Assembly: GCA_036506455.1 (NCBI GenBank)
Contig: DASXRT010000089.1
Span: 778-64,777 of the forward strand
DNA from: Thermoanaerobaculia bacterium
GTDB taxonomy: Bacteria > Acidobacteriota > Thermoanaerobaculia > Gp7-AA8
Length of the DNA stretch: 64,000 nucleotides
Direction of reading: 5' to 3'
The translations under genes were made by a program, and so were the position numbers. The notes under the pieces are model-generated. The model saw only the letters and a list, made by a program, of their open reading frames with translations. It did not search any database and was not told the DNA's origin. Of this stretch, positions 51,899 to 62,232 are shown in pieces (within the stretch, counting starts at the first letter, position 1; each line of letters begins with the position of its first letter).

Positions 51899-52966
51899 CT
51901 AATCTTTGAAGGCACTCAAGCCAACGATTGCCAAGGTGATCCCAAGGCCGATAAGCAGCCATTCGGAGATGGTAGGAATGGCCGGGGGAGATGCAACGGC
52001 CGCGCGCGGCTCACCGATCACCGTCAAAGAAAACACAATCATGTTGACGCCATAAGGAACAGTCGCTGCGATCTCGCTACCGCTCGCCAAGTCGAGTTTA
52101 CGAACGCGATCGCTGCGGCCAGCTTCCCAAAACGATGTTCGATCGGCGTCTAGAGCAATCTGCGGGCCGCCTGAATACGTCTGTGCGATCGTGCCATCCG
52201 GTCGAATGCGCAGAATTCCGGTGTCCGTTCCGAGCAAGACATCGTTGCCCGGGAGCACCCTTAACGCTCCGATCGAGCCGAGCGTCGGTATTGCTGTTGG
52301 CAGTGGAGACAGCGACTGCGCGGTGCAGACGTTGTAGCGAGCATTCGTTGCCGGTATTAATGCCGGCACCGGCCCTTGCGGCGCACTGTTGTAGTACATC
52401 GTGCACTGATCAGCGGCGAGATCGATGTGCGATGCGAATTGTGGTAAAGAAAAAGTTAGCACGACACTGAAGCTGCTGTCGTATTTCTTCAGTGCAGCCT
52501 GGTCCGCAACATATAGGTTTCCGTTGGCGTCGAATACGAACGAACCTGCCGGACCAGCGACGCCGCTCAATGAACCGCTGGGAGAAATGCTGTAGATAGC
52601 GCCGATGATCGAACCAAAAAGTGTGGAGTTGTAGAAATTGAGATCAAGAGGAACAAAATTCGTTGGAAGATCGATCGTGCTCCTGAAACTACCCGCGGCC
52701 GTATAGACTTGTATCGAAGGCTCTGTCGTGTTCTGGAAAGCCGGTATCGGCGCTACGCTCGCGAAAAGATCCCGCGGCTGAAACTGCGCCGAGACGGGAA
52801 CCGCGGCGCAGAATGTCAGCGCGATCACGAGTAGCACCCCTAAGCGTCTGCGATTTTTGCTGACGCCTGGAGCGTCCGCCAAACTTACTACGACGTCTTG
52901 ACGGCCGGCGCTTCGATCTACCTGTGAAGTTCGCCCCAAAGGAATTTGACCCCAGAAAGTAGCCAA
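51899..52966 (-). CDS. Secreted Ser/Thr/Ala-rich protein with IPTL-CTERM-like C-terminal sorting signal
   Basis: C-terminus …PPAIPTISEWLLIGLGITLAIVGLSAFKD matches the IPT[LI]SEW + TM + short tail architecture. Upstream signal peptide RLGVLLVIALTFCAAVPVSAQ. The gene body is visibly lower in GC than its surroundings. Start codon uncertain. Confidence 0.55.
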   Translation of the reverse strand: MATFWGQIPLGRTSQVDRSAGRQDVVVSLADAPGVSKNRRRLGVLLVIALTFCAAVPVSAQFQPRDLFASVAPIPAFQNTTEPSIQVYTAAGSFRSTIDLPTNFVPLDLNFYNSTLFGSIIGAIYSISPSGSLSGVAGPAGSFVFDANGNLYVADQAALKKYDSSFSVVLTFSLPQFASHIDLAADQCTMYYNSAPQGPVPALIPATNARYNVCTAQSLSPLPTAIPTLGSIGALRVLPGNDVLLGTDTGILRIRPDGTIAQTYSGGPQIALDADRTSFWEAGRSDRVRKLDLASGSEIAATVPYGVNMIVFSLTVIGEPRAAVASPPAIPTISEWLLIGLGITLAIVGLSAFKD

Positions 52967-52990
52967 CGCGTACCGAAACCGTGTTCATCC

Positions 52991-53046
52991 CCGCGAGCTC
53001 GGCATCATGGTGAGCAAAGCAGCCTCAGCGCCCGCGCGTGTGACAA
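52991..53046 (+). repeat. Direct repeat copy B: decayed duplicate of the activator gene's 3-prime end (translates PRELGIMVSKAASAPARV)
   Basis: Matches 51807–51861. Together the two copies bracket the ~1.1-kb low-GC IPTL-CTERM gene. Confidence 0.7.
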
Positions 53047-53098
53047 AACACCGCGGGATTTCATCCGATTCACGAGCCGCTCGTAGAATCTCTCCCAC

Positions 53099-54409
53099 GT
53101 GACCCGCAAACTCGTGGTTGTCCTCGCGCTGCTGACGGCCGCGCGCTGTGCGCTCTATTCGGATGTATCGATCGAGCCGCTGACGATCATCCCGACGAAA
53201 ATCGAGCGCGGCGCCGATCTGCGGGACATGGTCAAGCGCGCCGACTACCTCCGCGCCGTGGAGCTCGCGCCGAACGTCGACGCCCGCGTGCGGAAGAGCG
53301 CGGAAGAGCTCGTGGCTCTCGGACAAGCCGAGCTGGCCGCGAATCGCATCACAGAGGCGCGGCACCATCTCCGGACGGCGATTGACCTCTCACCCTTTCA
53401 CACGACTTACGCCGATGCGGCCTGGGGCCTCTCGCAGGTCGAGTTCATGGACAACAACTACGAGACGAGCCTCGAATGGGCGCAGGTGGCGATGCAGCAT
53501 GGCCTCACCGTCCTGCAATGGCATCTCGATTACCTCAAGGCGATGTCCCACGTGCAGGCTTATCGCGCGGCCAGCGCCGTCCGCAGCGAGGAAATGCGGA
53601 TGAAGATCGGCCGCCCCGACGTGCCCCGCATCGAAGTACGGCTCAACAAGGCAGAGTCGACGACGACGGCGGTGATCGATTCCGGTGCCGTCCTGTCGAT
53701 CATGTCGCAGCGCCTGGCGTCACAGGTCCCCGTCAAACGCCTGCCGACGTCGCGAGGCACGTTCTACGGACTCCTCGGAGAGCCGATCTCGGTGGATTTC
53801 GCGATGGTCGACCTGCTCGAGATCGGCGGCATCGTTCTCGCCGATGTGCCCGTGGCGATCATGCCGGACGATAAGATGCGCTTCCTCGTCAGCGGCAAGA
53901 AAGAATTCAGGATCGACTTCCTCCTCGGCGCAAATCTGCTGAAAGAGTTCCGGCTCGACTTCAACTTCGACAACAATCACGTCAAGTTCACGCGATTGAC
54001 GTCGACCGATAAGCGTCCGGTCGCGAATCAGAATCTCTTCTTCGAACAATTTCGCCCGCATGTCCGCGGCACGGTGAACAAACGCGGCTGGTTCCTCTTC
54101 GTGCTCGATACGGGATCGGAAGTGACGTTCCTCAATGAGCATCAACTTCCATCGCTTCCGATCAACATGTTCGCTCCACGTGTGCACAACGCGACGTTGC
54201 AAGGCCTCGGCGGAGCGAGAAAGCATGGGTCGAAGATCGAAGAGGTCGAGATCGGCGTCGACCGCTGGGCCGGTGCATTCCGTACGCTGCCGATGTACAG
54301 CGGCGGAGAGCAGGAGCGGTCCGTGGGAATCATCGGAGAGAACTTCTTGAAGAATTTCCACGCGGTGATCGACTTCGGAAGGATGAGAGTGGATTTGCAG
54401 AGGCGGTGA
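53099..54409 (+). CDS. Secreted retropepsin-like aspartic protease with two tandem catalytic domains (pseudo-dimer)
   Basis: Signal peptide MTRKLVVVLALLTAARCA. Two D[ST]G motifs (VIDSGAVLS and VLDTGSEVT), each followed by a hydrophobic flap region. Confidence 0.7.
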   Translation: MTRKLVVVLALLTAARCALYSDVSIEPLTIIPTKIERGADLRDMVKRADYLRAVELAPNVDARVRKSAEELVALGQAELAANRITEARHHLRTAIDLSPFHTTYADAAWGLSQVEFMDNNYETSLEWAQVAMQHGLTVLQWHLDYLKAMSHVQAYRAASAVRSEEMRMKIGRPDVPRIEVRLNKAESTTTAVIDSGAVLSIMSQRLASQVPVKRLPTSRGTFYGLLGEPISVDFAMVDLLEIGGIVLADVPVAIMPDDKMRFLVSGKKEFRIDFLLGANLLKEFRLDFNFDNNHVKFTRLTSTDKRPVANQNLFFEQFRPHVRGTVNKRGWFLFVLDTGSEVTFLNEHQLPSLPINMFAPRVHNATLQGLGGARKHGSKIEEVEIGVDRWAGAFRTLPMYSGGEQERSVGIIGENFLKNFHAVIDFGRMRVDLQRR

Positions 54410-54411
54410 CG

Positions 54412-54505
54412 CACGTCATGCTGAGCGAAGCGAAGCACCTCAAAATGCGATGCGTGGCATTTTGAGTTCCTTCGCCGTCTACGCGGCTCAGGATGACGCT
54501 TCGCG

Positions 54506-54522
<17 letters not shown>
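54412..54522. terminator. Nested inverted repeats plus a T-run between convergent genes (bidirectional rho-independent terminator candidate)
   Basis: gtcatgctgagcgaagcgaagcacCTCAAAATGCgatgcgtgGCATTTTGAGttccttcgcc…atgacgcttcgcgtcac, followed by TTTTTTT. The T-run doubles as the KKKK codons at the glmU C-terminus. Confidence 0.5.
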
Positions 54523-55896
<1,374 letters not shown>

Positions 55897-55900
<4 letters not shown>

Positions 55901-56943
55901 CCTTCCGAGCGCCGCATCCGCTCCAGCGTCCGGCCGTAGCGGTCGTACAGACGGAAGATCGTCTCTGCCAGCGCCGCCGAGTCGTGCCGCACGTAGTTCT
56001 GCTCTGCAATGACGTCGCCGAAAAACGGCGTGACGCCCAGGTCGCGTACGGCGTTGATATCGAATTGCACAGGGAACTGATTCTCTGCGGCGTAGGCCAG
56101 CAGAATCGACTCCGACGGACGGCGGCCGTTGATGATCATCACGTCGACGACCAGCCCGGCGTGCTCCACGATCGCGCTCAGATGCTCTTCCGCCGTGTAG
56201 CCGTCGGTCTCCCCCGGCTGCGTCATCACGTTGCAGATGTAGACGCGCAGCGCTTTGGCCTGCCGCAGCGTTTCAGCGATCGGTTTGATGGCGAGGTTCG
56301 GCAGCACCGACGTATAGAGCGAGCCGGGGCCGATGATGATCATGTCGGCGGACTCGAGGGCGGACAGAGCTCGTGCCGGCGGCTCGGCGTCGGGAGGATC
56401 GATCGCGAGGTGGACGATGCGGGCGTGATGCGGCGTGCTCTTCGGCTTCTCACCGATGTGTGATCCGCTGATGGCGACTTCGCCGACGAGCTCGGTGCCA
56501 TCGGCGAGCGTGGCGCGCAGACGCACATCAGCGAGCGTCGACGGGTAGATCTCGCCGGCGATGGCCAGAACTTCCGAGGCGGCGAGCACGGCGTTGTCGA
56601 AGCCGCCGGTGATTTCCGTCATCGCCGTCAAAAGCAGGTTGCCGAGCGAATGACCTTTCAGCGCGGAGTCCATCTCGAACCGATAGTTGAAGAGCCGCGA
56701 GAGGAGTTGCTCTTCTTCGGCGAGCGCGACGATGCAGTTGCGGATGTCACCCGGCGGAAGCATCCCGAATTCTTTTCGGAGGACGCCCGAGCTGCCGCCT
56801 TCGTCGGTGACCGTGACGATCGCGCCGAGATTCGCGATCGACCAGGCGCCTTCGGCGTCGACGTAACGCTTCAGTCCACGCAGCAGCGTGGACAGGCCGG
56901 TGCCGCCGCCGATGGTGACGATATTGAGGCCGTGCGGGCGCAT
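55897..56943 (-). CDS. yvcK: YvcK/CofD-family gluconeogenesis factor (UDP-sugar-binding)
   Basis: IVTIGGGTGLSTLLRGLK N-terminal signature. 4-nt overlap with glmU. Confidence 0.85.
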
Positions 56944-56955
56944 CCCGCGTCGATT

Positions 56956-57939
56956 CTATCCGCCAGAGCGCTCGCGGACGAGTCTGCCGAGGTGGTGCCG
57001 GATGGGCCCGAGGAGCGTGAAGTAGGAGGTGAGGCGGCTCTGGCGCTCGGTTTCGCCGTAGAGAAGCTCTGTCAGCGTGCGTTCCCGCTCCTGGTACCAC
57101 TGGTCGTTGACCTCGGCGTGGGCGCGTTTCTCGTCCAGCACCTGCATGATGTGATCGCGGTCGACGATCTCCGGATGATGGTTCGAGGCGAGGATGCGTG
57201 GCACGCCGCTATCCGCGCTGCGGGCCAGCTCGATCATCGTCATCGCCGGGCTGTCGACCGATTCGAACGCGACCGGACAGCTCTTTCCTGCGGACTCGAG
57301 CTTGAGGTCGAACAACCGGTTGTCGATGACACGGAAATGGCGGCGGTCCGGAAGCTGCTCGGCGAACTGCGAGAACCAGGGATGCGATGCCGCCTCGCTG
57401 CTGAGCGCGTTGAGAGGCATGCCCGTGCTCTTTTCCGTGCGCACTTCGACTCTGGCGACGCCCGACCATCGGCACAGAAGACCAAACGAATGGCAGACCG
57501 CGATCAGCGCCGCGTTCTCGTTTCCGAGAATCGAATCGTAAAGACGAAAGAGTGGCGCCTCCCACGCGCTGCTTTCGCTGATCCCCTGCGAATACCACTT
57601 CCTTCCATCGTTCTGCCGCGGATCCAGATGCCCCGGGCCGCCGGTGCCGACGTAGAGCTGAAAGCGCCCGTTGGGCGAATGAGGGACCTGCAATCGGCGC
57701 CTGACGTCGTAGGAGATGACCCGAACCTTGAGTCTCGCGCCGACGATCTCGTCGCGCAGCTCCTCGGCGGCTTCGAGCACGGCATGGACCAATGAGTCGT
57801 GACCGACATTCGGCCACGAGTGGTTCATGTCCAGCACCGCGACATCGATCTTCGATCGATCAGGCGGGGGAACGGAGCTGTCGTCGAGGCGAACGTATTC
57901 GAAGAAGTCGTAGGAAGCGTGGATATCGCGTCGGTTCAA
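56956..57939 (-). CDS. MetA-like (homoserine O-succinyl/acetyltransferase fold, GATase1-like) acyltransferase paralogue
   Basis: Collinear with the E. coli MetA motifs: VAVLDMNH ~ LKVLILNLMP; LYVGTGGPG ~ LIVTGAP; ALIAVCHSFGLL (catalytic Cys-His) ~ LFVCWAVQAAL; ILASNHHPEI ~ FVTGHPEYD. A bona fide metX exists elsewhere in the window (8567–9676). Confidence 0.55.
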   Translation of the reverse strand: MNRRDIHASYDFFEYVRLDDSSVPPPDRSKIDVAVLDMNHSWPNVGHDSLVHAVLEAAEELRDEIVGARLKVRVISYDVRRRLQVPHSPNGRFQLYVGTGGPGHLDPRQNDGRKWYSQGISESSAWEAPLFRLYDSILGNENAALIAVCHSFGLLCRWSGVARVEVRTEKSTGMPLNALSSEAASHPWFSQFAEQLPDRRHFRVIDNRLFDLKLESAGKSCPVAFESVDSPAMTMIELARSADSGVPRILASNHHPEIVDRDHIMQVLDEKRAHAEVNDQWYQERERTLTELLYGETERQSRLTSYFTLLGPIRHHLGRLVRERSGG

Positions 57940-59042
57940 ATTCCGTGCTCCGTTTCGGCGATGATGTAGTCGACCACATCGCGTATCTCGTGACGCTGCT
58001 CGTACGCGGCGAGCTGGCGGTCGGCGCCCGGACGATGCCGCACGATCTCGCGCGCGTAATACACATCCTTGCGCGAGCCGAGGTCATCGACGACATCATC
58101 GACGAATTCGAGTAGCTCGTCGAGGAGCATCTCGAACGGCACTTCCTCGCGCTTGCCGAAGTCGATCAGCTTGCCGTCGATTCCCCATCGCGCCGCGCGT
58201 GACTTGTTCTCGTTCAGCAGCGAGCGCCGGTAGAGGCGCCACGACATGTTCCTGTTGTAGATGCGCCAGAGCTTCACTGTCACCGCCTGAAACAGCGCGG
58301 CGAAGCAGATCGTTTCATCGATGCGCAGCGGCACGTCGCAGATTCTGTATTCGAGCGTCGGGAAGAAGGGATGGGGGCGGACGTCCCACCAGATCTTCTT
58401 CGCGTTGTCGATGCATTTGGTCTGGATGAGGACTTGGACATATTCATCGAACTCGCCGGACGAGCGGAACGAGTCGGGCAGGCCGGTGCGTGGGAATCGC
58501 TCGAAGACTTTCGCGCGGTAGCTCTTCCAGCCGGTGTTGTGTCCGCACCAGAACGGCGAGTTCACCGAGAGCGCGAAGATGTGCGGCAGGAAGTAGCGCG
58601 CCGCGTTCATGATCTGGATGCGCGTCTCGTGATCTTCGATGGCGACGTGGACGTGCAGGCCGAAGATCAGATTGGCGCGCGCGACCATCTGCAGGTCGTA
58701 CACGATCTGGTCGTAGCGCGCATGCGACGTGATCGGCACATTCGACCAATGCGTGATCGGATGCGTTCCGGCCGCGGCGATGCGAAGTCCGTTTTCTTTC
58801 GTCAGTTTGATGATCTCGCCGCGGAGGCGGACGACTTCGCGCCGCGCGTGATCGACGTTCTGACAGATCGGCGTCCCCACCTCGATGACGGCGTCGTGCA
58901 TCTCCCGCTTGATCTCATCCTTCAACCGCTTCTCACCCTCGGCGAACATCTCCTGGATGTGCGATTTGAGCTCGCGCGTCTGCGGGTCGACGACCTGAAA
59001 TTCCTCTTCGATCCCGAGCGTGAAGGAGGGTTGTGGGGACAT
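57936..59042 (-). CDS. ybdK: Carboxylate-amine ligase, glutamate-cysteine ligase family 2 (YbdK-like)
   Basis: N-terminal GIEEEFQVVD and the full GCS2 fold pattern. ATGA overlap with the MetA-like gene. Confidence 0.85.
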   Translation of the reverse strand: MSPQPSFTLGIEEEFQVVDPQTRELKSHIQEMFAEGEKRLKDEIKREMHDAVIEVGTPICQNVDHARREVVRLRGEIIKLTKENGLRIAAAGTHPITHWSNVPITSHARYDQIVYDLQMVARANLIFGLHVHVAIEDHETRIQIMNAARYFLPHIFALSVNSPFWCGHNTGWKSYRAKVFERFPRTGLPDSFRSSGEFDEYVQVLIQTKCIDNAKKIWWDVRPHPFFPTLEYRICDVPLRIDETICFAALFQAVTVKLWRIYNRNMSWRLYRRSLLNENKSRAARWGIDGKLIDFGKREEVPFEMLLDELLEFVDDVVDDLGSRKDVYYAREIVRHRPGADRQLAAYEQRHEIRDVVDYIIAETEHGI

Positions 59043-59054
59043 CGCCGTGGGAGT

Positions 59055-59495
59055 CTATCGTGAGTGCCAGGGGAGCGAGCGCGGCGATGCGCCGAGCGCT
59101 GCCGCGGCGGCTTCGATTTCCGTGCGCCCTACTGCCGCCGACGCGAGCGGCTTCACCTTCAATCGCTTCGCCCATGACTCCGCTGTCTCGACGCGTCTTT
59201 CGTGTCGCCCTGACTCCGTATGAACTTCATCGGTCACCGGCGTGCCGGTTGCGGCAAGCGCGGGCCAGAGACGTTTGTGCACGTATGTCACTTTGCCGTT
59301 GATCAGTCGCGTCGTCAGCACTTCGTCTTCGATGCTCTGCAGGCATCGGAACATGTCATGCGAGCGCGAATGACTCCACCACGATCGAGACATCGGCTCT
59401 CCGGCGAAGATCGTCGCGATGCTCGGCAGTTTCTTGTCCTGAAGAAGCAGAAGGCCGAGTTCCTCGAGCCGGCGCCGCACTTCGGCGCAACTCAT
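59055..59495 (-). CDS. Hypothetical 146-aa protein (weak resemblance to the MmcQ/YjbR small DNA-binding family)
   Basis: ATG at 59495 overlaps the ATP-grasp stop as ATGA; a 12-nt gap to GCS2. N-terminus MSCAEVRRRLEELGLLLLQDKKLPSIATIFAGEP. The upstream part of ORF 59055..59750 is shadow. Confidence 0.4.
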   Translation of the reverse strand: MSCAEVRRRLEELGLLLLQDKKLPSIATIFAGEPMSRSWWSHSRSHDMFRCLQSIEDEVLTTRLINGKVTYVHKRLWPALAATGTPVTDEVHTESGRHERRVETAESWAKRLKVKPLASAAVGRTEIEAAAAALGASPRSLPWHSR

Positions 59496-60454
59496 CGACT
59501 GATCGGTTGGTCGGCCGGCTTGTTCGTCTTCATCACCTGCGGCCAGTTGCCGGTCAACTCCAGCGGCTTTCCGCCGGTCACGATCTCGATCAGCACCTCG
59601 GCCATGTTGTTGACCATCCAGTCGAAATTCTCTTTGCCGACCGAGTAGAGATCGGCGTCGGGCGCAGCGTTCATGAAGTCGATCGCATACGGGATGCCGC
59701 CGCGGACCGCGAATTCGACAGTGTTCATGTCGTAGCCGAGACCTTCGCATAGCGCGACGGCATCGCGATACATGCGCTGCTCGAGCTCAGTCGGCGTGTG
59801 GTAATCGGCGGCGTAGCGTAGGTGATGCGGCTGCTTGGGGTTGTACTGCATGATGCGCACGCGTTTGCGTCCCAGGACGTAGCAGCGATAGTAGGAGTCG
59901 AACTCGATCGCCTCCTGCGCCATCATCGCCAGGTCGCGCGTCAGATCGTACGCCGCGAAAAACTCGGTCGGATCGTGCACCTTGTACACATCCTTCCAAC
60001 CGCCGCCGTACGCCGGCTTCATGAAGATCGGCCATTTCACATAGTCGAAGACCTCGTCCCAGTTCACCCACTTCATGTTGCGGAACGACTTCGCTTCGGT
60101 ATTCGGCGGGTACTGCTTGTGCGGAAGAAGAACCGTTCGCGGAACGGCGACCCCGACTGCCTTGGCCACGAGGTTGTCGAAGAATTTATCGTCGGCGGAC
60201 CACCAGATCGGATTGTTGACGATCTTCACGCCCGATGCGGCCGCGCATTTGAGGTACGTTCGATAGAACGGCACTTCGTGGCTGATTCGATCGAGGATCA
60301 CGTCGTAAGGAAACACGCCGTCGTCTTTGAGATAGGAGATCTCGACCGAGCCCGCTTCGACCCGATCGCCGCCGCGCTTGTTGATCTCATTGATCAATGC
60401 CCACGGAAACGTGTCTTCCATTCCGAACAGCAATCCGACTCTCTTCTTGCGCAT
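59492..60454 (-). CDS. ATP-grasp ligase (RimK/glutathione-synthetase-like)
   Basis: An ATP-grasp fold that binds substrate ahead of the ATP-binding core (…WPIFMKPAYGGGWKDVYKV… and a C-terminal Mg/ATP region). ATG at 60454 (MRKKRVGLLFG). Confidence 0.75.
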   Translation of the reverse strand: MRKKRVGLLFGMEDTFPWALINEINKRGGDRVEAGSVEISYLKDDGVFPYDVILDRISHEVPFYRTYLKCAAASGVKIVNNPIWWSADDKFFDNLVAKAVGVAVPRTVLLPHKQYPPNTEAKSFRNMKWVNWDEVFDYVKWPIFMKPAYGGGWKDVYKVHDPTEFFAAYDLTRDLAMMAQEAIEFDSYYRCYVLGRKRVRIMQYNPKQPHHLRYAADYHTPTELEQRMYRDAVALCEGLGYDMNTVEFAVRGGIPYAIDFMNAAPDADLYSVGKENFDWMVNNMAEVLIEIVTGGKPLELTGNWPQVMKTNKPADQPISR

Positions 60455-60515
60455 GTGCGGCCCTCCGGCGGGAAAGGCATCGTATAGAATCGCGCGCGCC
60501 TTCGGCAATGCGCAC

Positions 60516-61223
60516 ATGTATCGCGAATACGTCCAATGGTGGAGCCCGTCGCTTGATCGTCCGATGGAGTTCCTCTGGTTCGGAAAGTTCGGGCGCCCGG
60601 TGCTGCTGTTCCCGACTTCATCGGGACGCTTCTACGAGAACGAAGATTTCGGATTGACGTCCTCGCTGGCCGACAAAGTCGATGCCGGCGAAATTCAACT
60701 GATTCTCGTCGACACCGTGAACAACGAGAGCTGGTACAACCAATCGGTTCATCCGGCGGTGCGCGCCGCGCGGCATGTTCAATACGACTCGTATCTGCGC
60801 AACGAGATGGTGCCGTACGTTTTCAACCGCGCACAGCGCGGCGATCTCGTCGTCTATGGTGCGAGCTTCGGTGCGTACCACGCTTCGAACTTCGCCGCGC
60901 GGTATCCCGATGTCGTCAGCCGCGCGATCTGCTTCTCCGGCGTCTACGACATCCGCTCCTACCTCGATGGCTACTGGGACGACAACTGCTACTTCCACTG
61001 CCCGACCGTGTACATCCCCAACATGAACGGCGAGTGGGTGACGAAGCTCTCCCGCGTCGGCTGGGTCATCGCCACGGGGGAGTACGACTCGATCGTGCAG
61101 CAGAACCGCGATTTCTCTTCGATGCTGGCGTGGAAAGGAATTCCGAACCACCTCGAAATCTGGGGCGGCGTGTTCGGCCACGACTGGCCATGGTGGAGAG
61201 AGCACTTGCGGAGGTTCGTGTAG
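60516..61223 (+). CDS. Esterase-family alpha/beta hydrolase (putative esterase PF00756-like)
   Basis: VVYGASFGAYHA (GxSxG nucleophile elbow) and a C-terminal His. ATG at 60516; divergent from the ATP-grasp operon across a 61-bp spacer. Confidence 0.7.
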   Translation: MYREYVQWWSPSLDRPMEFLWFGKFGRPVLLFPTSSGRFYENEDFGLTSSLADKVDAGEIQLILVDTVNNESWYNQSVHPAVRAARHVQYDSYLRNEMVPYVFNRAQRGDLVVYGASFGAYHASNFAARYPDVVSRAICFSGVYDIRSYLDGYWDDNCYFHCPTVYIPNMNGEWVTKLSRVGWVIATGEYDSIVQQNRDFSSMLAWKGIPNHLEIWGGVFGHDWPWWREHLRRFV

Positions 61224-61287
61224 CCTTGGAGTGCGCAGGCTTGCCTGCGCCTTCCTAAGGCGGCGGCAACCCGCCGCACTTCAGGCG

Positions 61288-62232
61288 CTACTTCGCCGCG
61301 CGATGCTTCGTCATTACCTTTCGCAACGACTCCGCGGGAATTGTCCCGTTGATCGTCACCGAGTCCTTCGTGCGCTCGACGTCGAAGCGGCGCAGCACGG
61401 ACACGAGATCGGGCTGCGAGTCTTTCACCGCCAGTCGCATCGCCGACAGCACACCGCGCAGCGTGTCCTCGAGGAGCTCGAGCGTCTCGGTGTCATTCGC
61501 CAGACCGAACGCTCCGAGCTTGAGCGCGTTGCCGGTATCGGTGGCCCACAGGCCGACCATGGAAATGTTGCGCACGGCCGCGGCGAGCGCTTCGCCCGAG
61601 GCGTCGCGTCCGCGCGGCACATGTGGCGCACCGGTGAGACGCGCTGCGCGCGTGACATCGACGAGCGCCCACGCCGTCGCATTCGGATCGATGCGCGCCA
61701 GATAGCCGCCGAGGAAGCCCGCGCTCGCAAACGTGCTTCCGCCCGCGGTCCGTGTGGCCAACGCCTCGATGACCGCGCTTTCGGTGCCCATGATCGCGAG
61801 GTGCGAGTCAGGGAACGCCACTGCGCCCTTGCTGTCTGACTCGGGAAGCAGGAAATATCCGTTTTTCCTCACCGCGCCGCGCGTGATGAGCGCATTGGTG
61901 AGACGGTCGATGTTGAATCGGCCGTCGGCGAGCACGACGACGTCCGCGTCATGACCGAGGGCCGTGCGCGGCGCGGTGGCCACCGCGACGACGTCGATGT
62001 CCTTCGTCGGATCGAGACCGGCTTCGGTGAGAAATCGGTCCGCTTCGCCGTTGCTGCTCACGTTGTCGGTGTGCTCGAAGAGCATCGATGAAAGCGGGCT
62101 GCTGCGGATTTGATTGATGTGGACGACACCGACCGTGACGGCATCGTTCGGAATGAGCGACAGCGCGTCGGTCTTTGCGAATGCGGCCGCGGTGGCCAGG
62201 ATCAACGCTGCTGCGATAGCGACTCTCTTCAT
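61288..62232 (-). CDS. Hypothetical secreted protein downstream of an ABC-2 exporter
   Basis: Signal peptide MKRVAIAAALILATAAAFA. Its stop abuts the permease gene. Confidence 0.5.
   Translation of the reverse strand: MKRVAIAAALILATAAAFAKTDALSLIPNDAVTVGVVHINQIRSSPLSSMLFEHTDNVSSNGEADRFLTEAGLDPTKDIDVVAVATAPRTALGHDADVVVLADGRFNIDRLTNALITRGAVRKNGYFLLPESDSKGAVAFPDSHLAIMGTESAVIEALATRTAGGSTFASAGFLGGYLARIDPNATAWALVDVTRAARLTGAPHVPRGRDASGEALAAAVRNISMVGLWATDTGNALKLGAFGLANDTETLELLEDTLRGVLSAMRLAVKDSQPDLVSVLRRFDVERTKDSVTINGTIPAESLRKVMTKHRAAK

Noticed and set aside
59220-59648. Plus-strand 142-aa ORF overlapping the small minus-strand gene of the ligase operon
   Set aside because: The minus-strand frame has ATGA coupling with the ATP-grasp stop and fits the operon; the plus-strand ORF ends in low-complexity ISISTS and has no RBS. 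It cannot be fully excluded.
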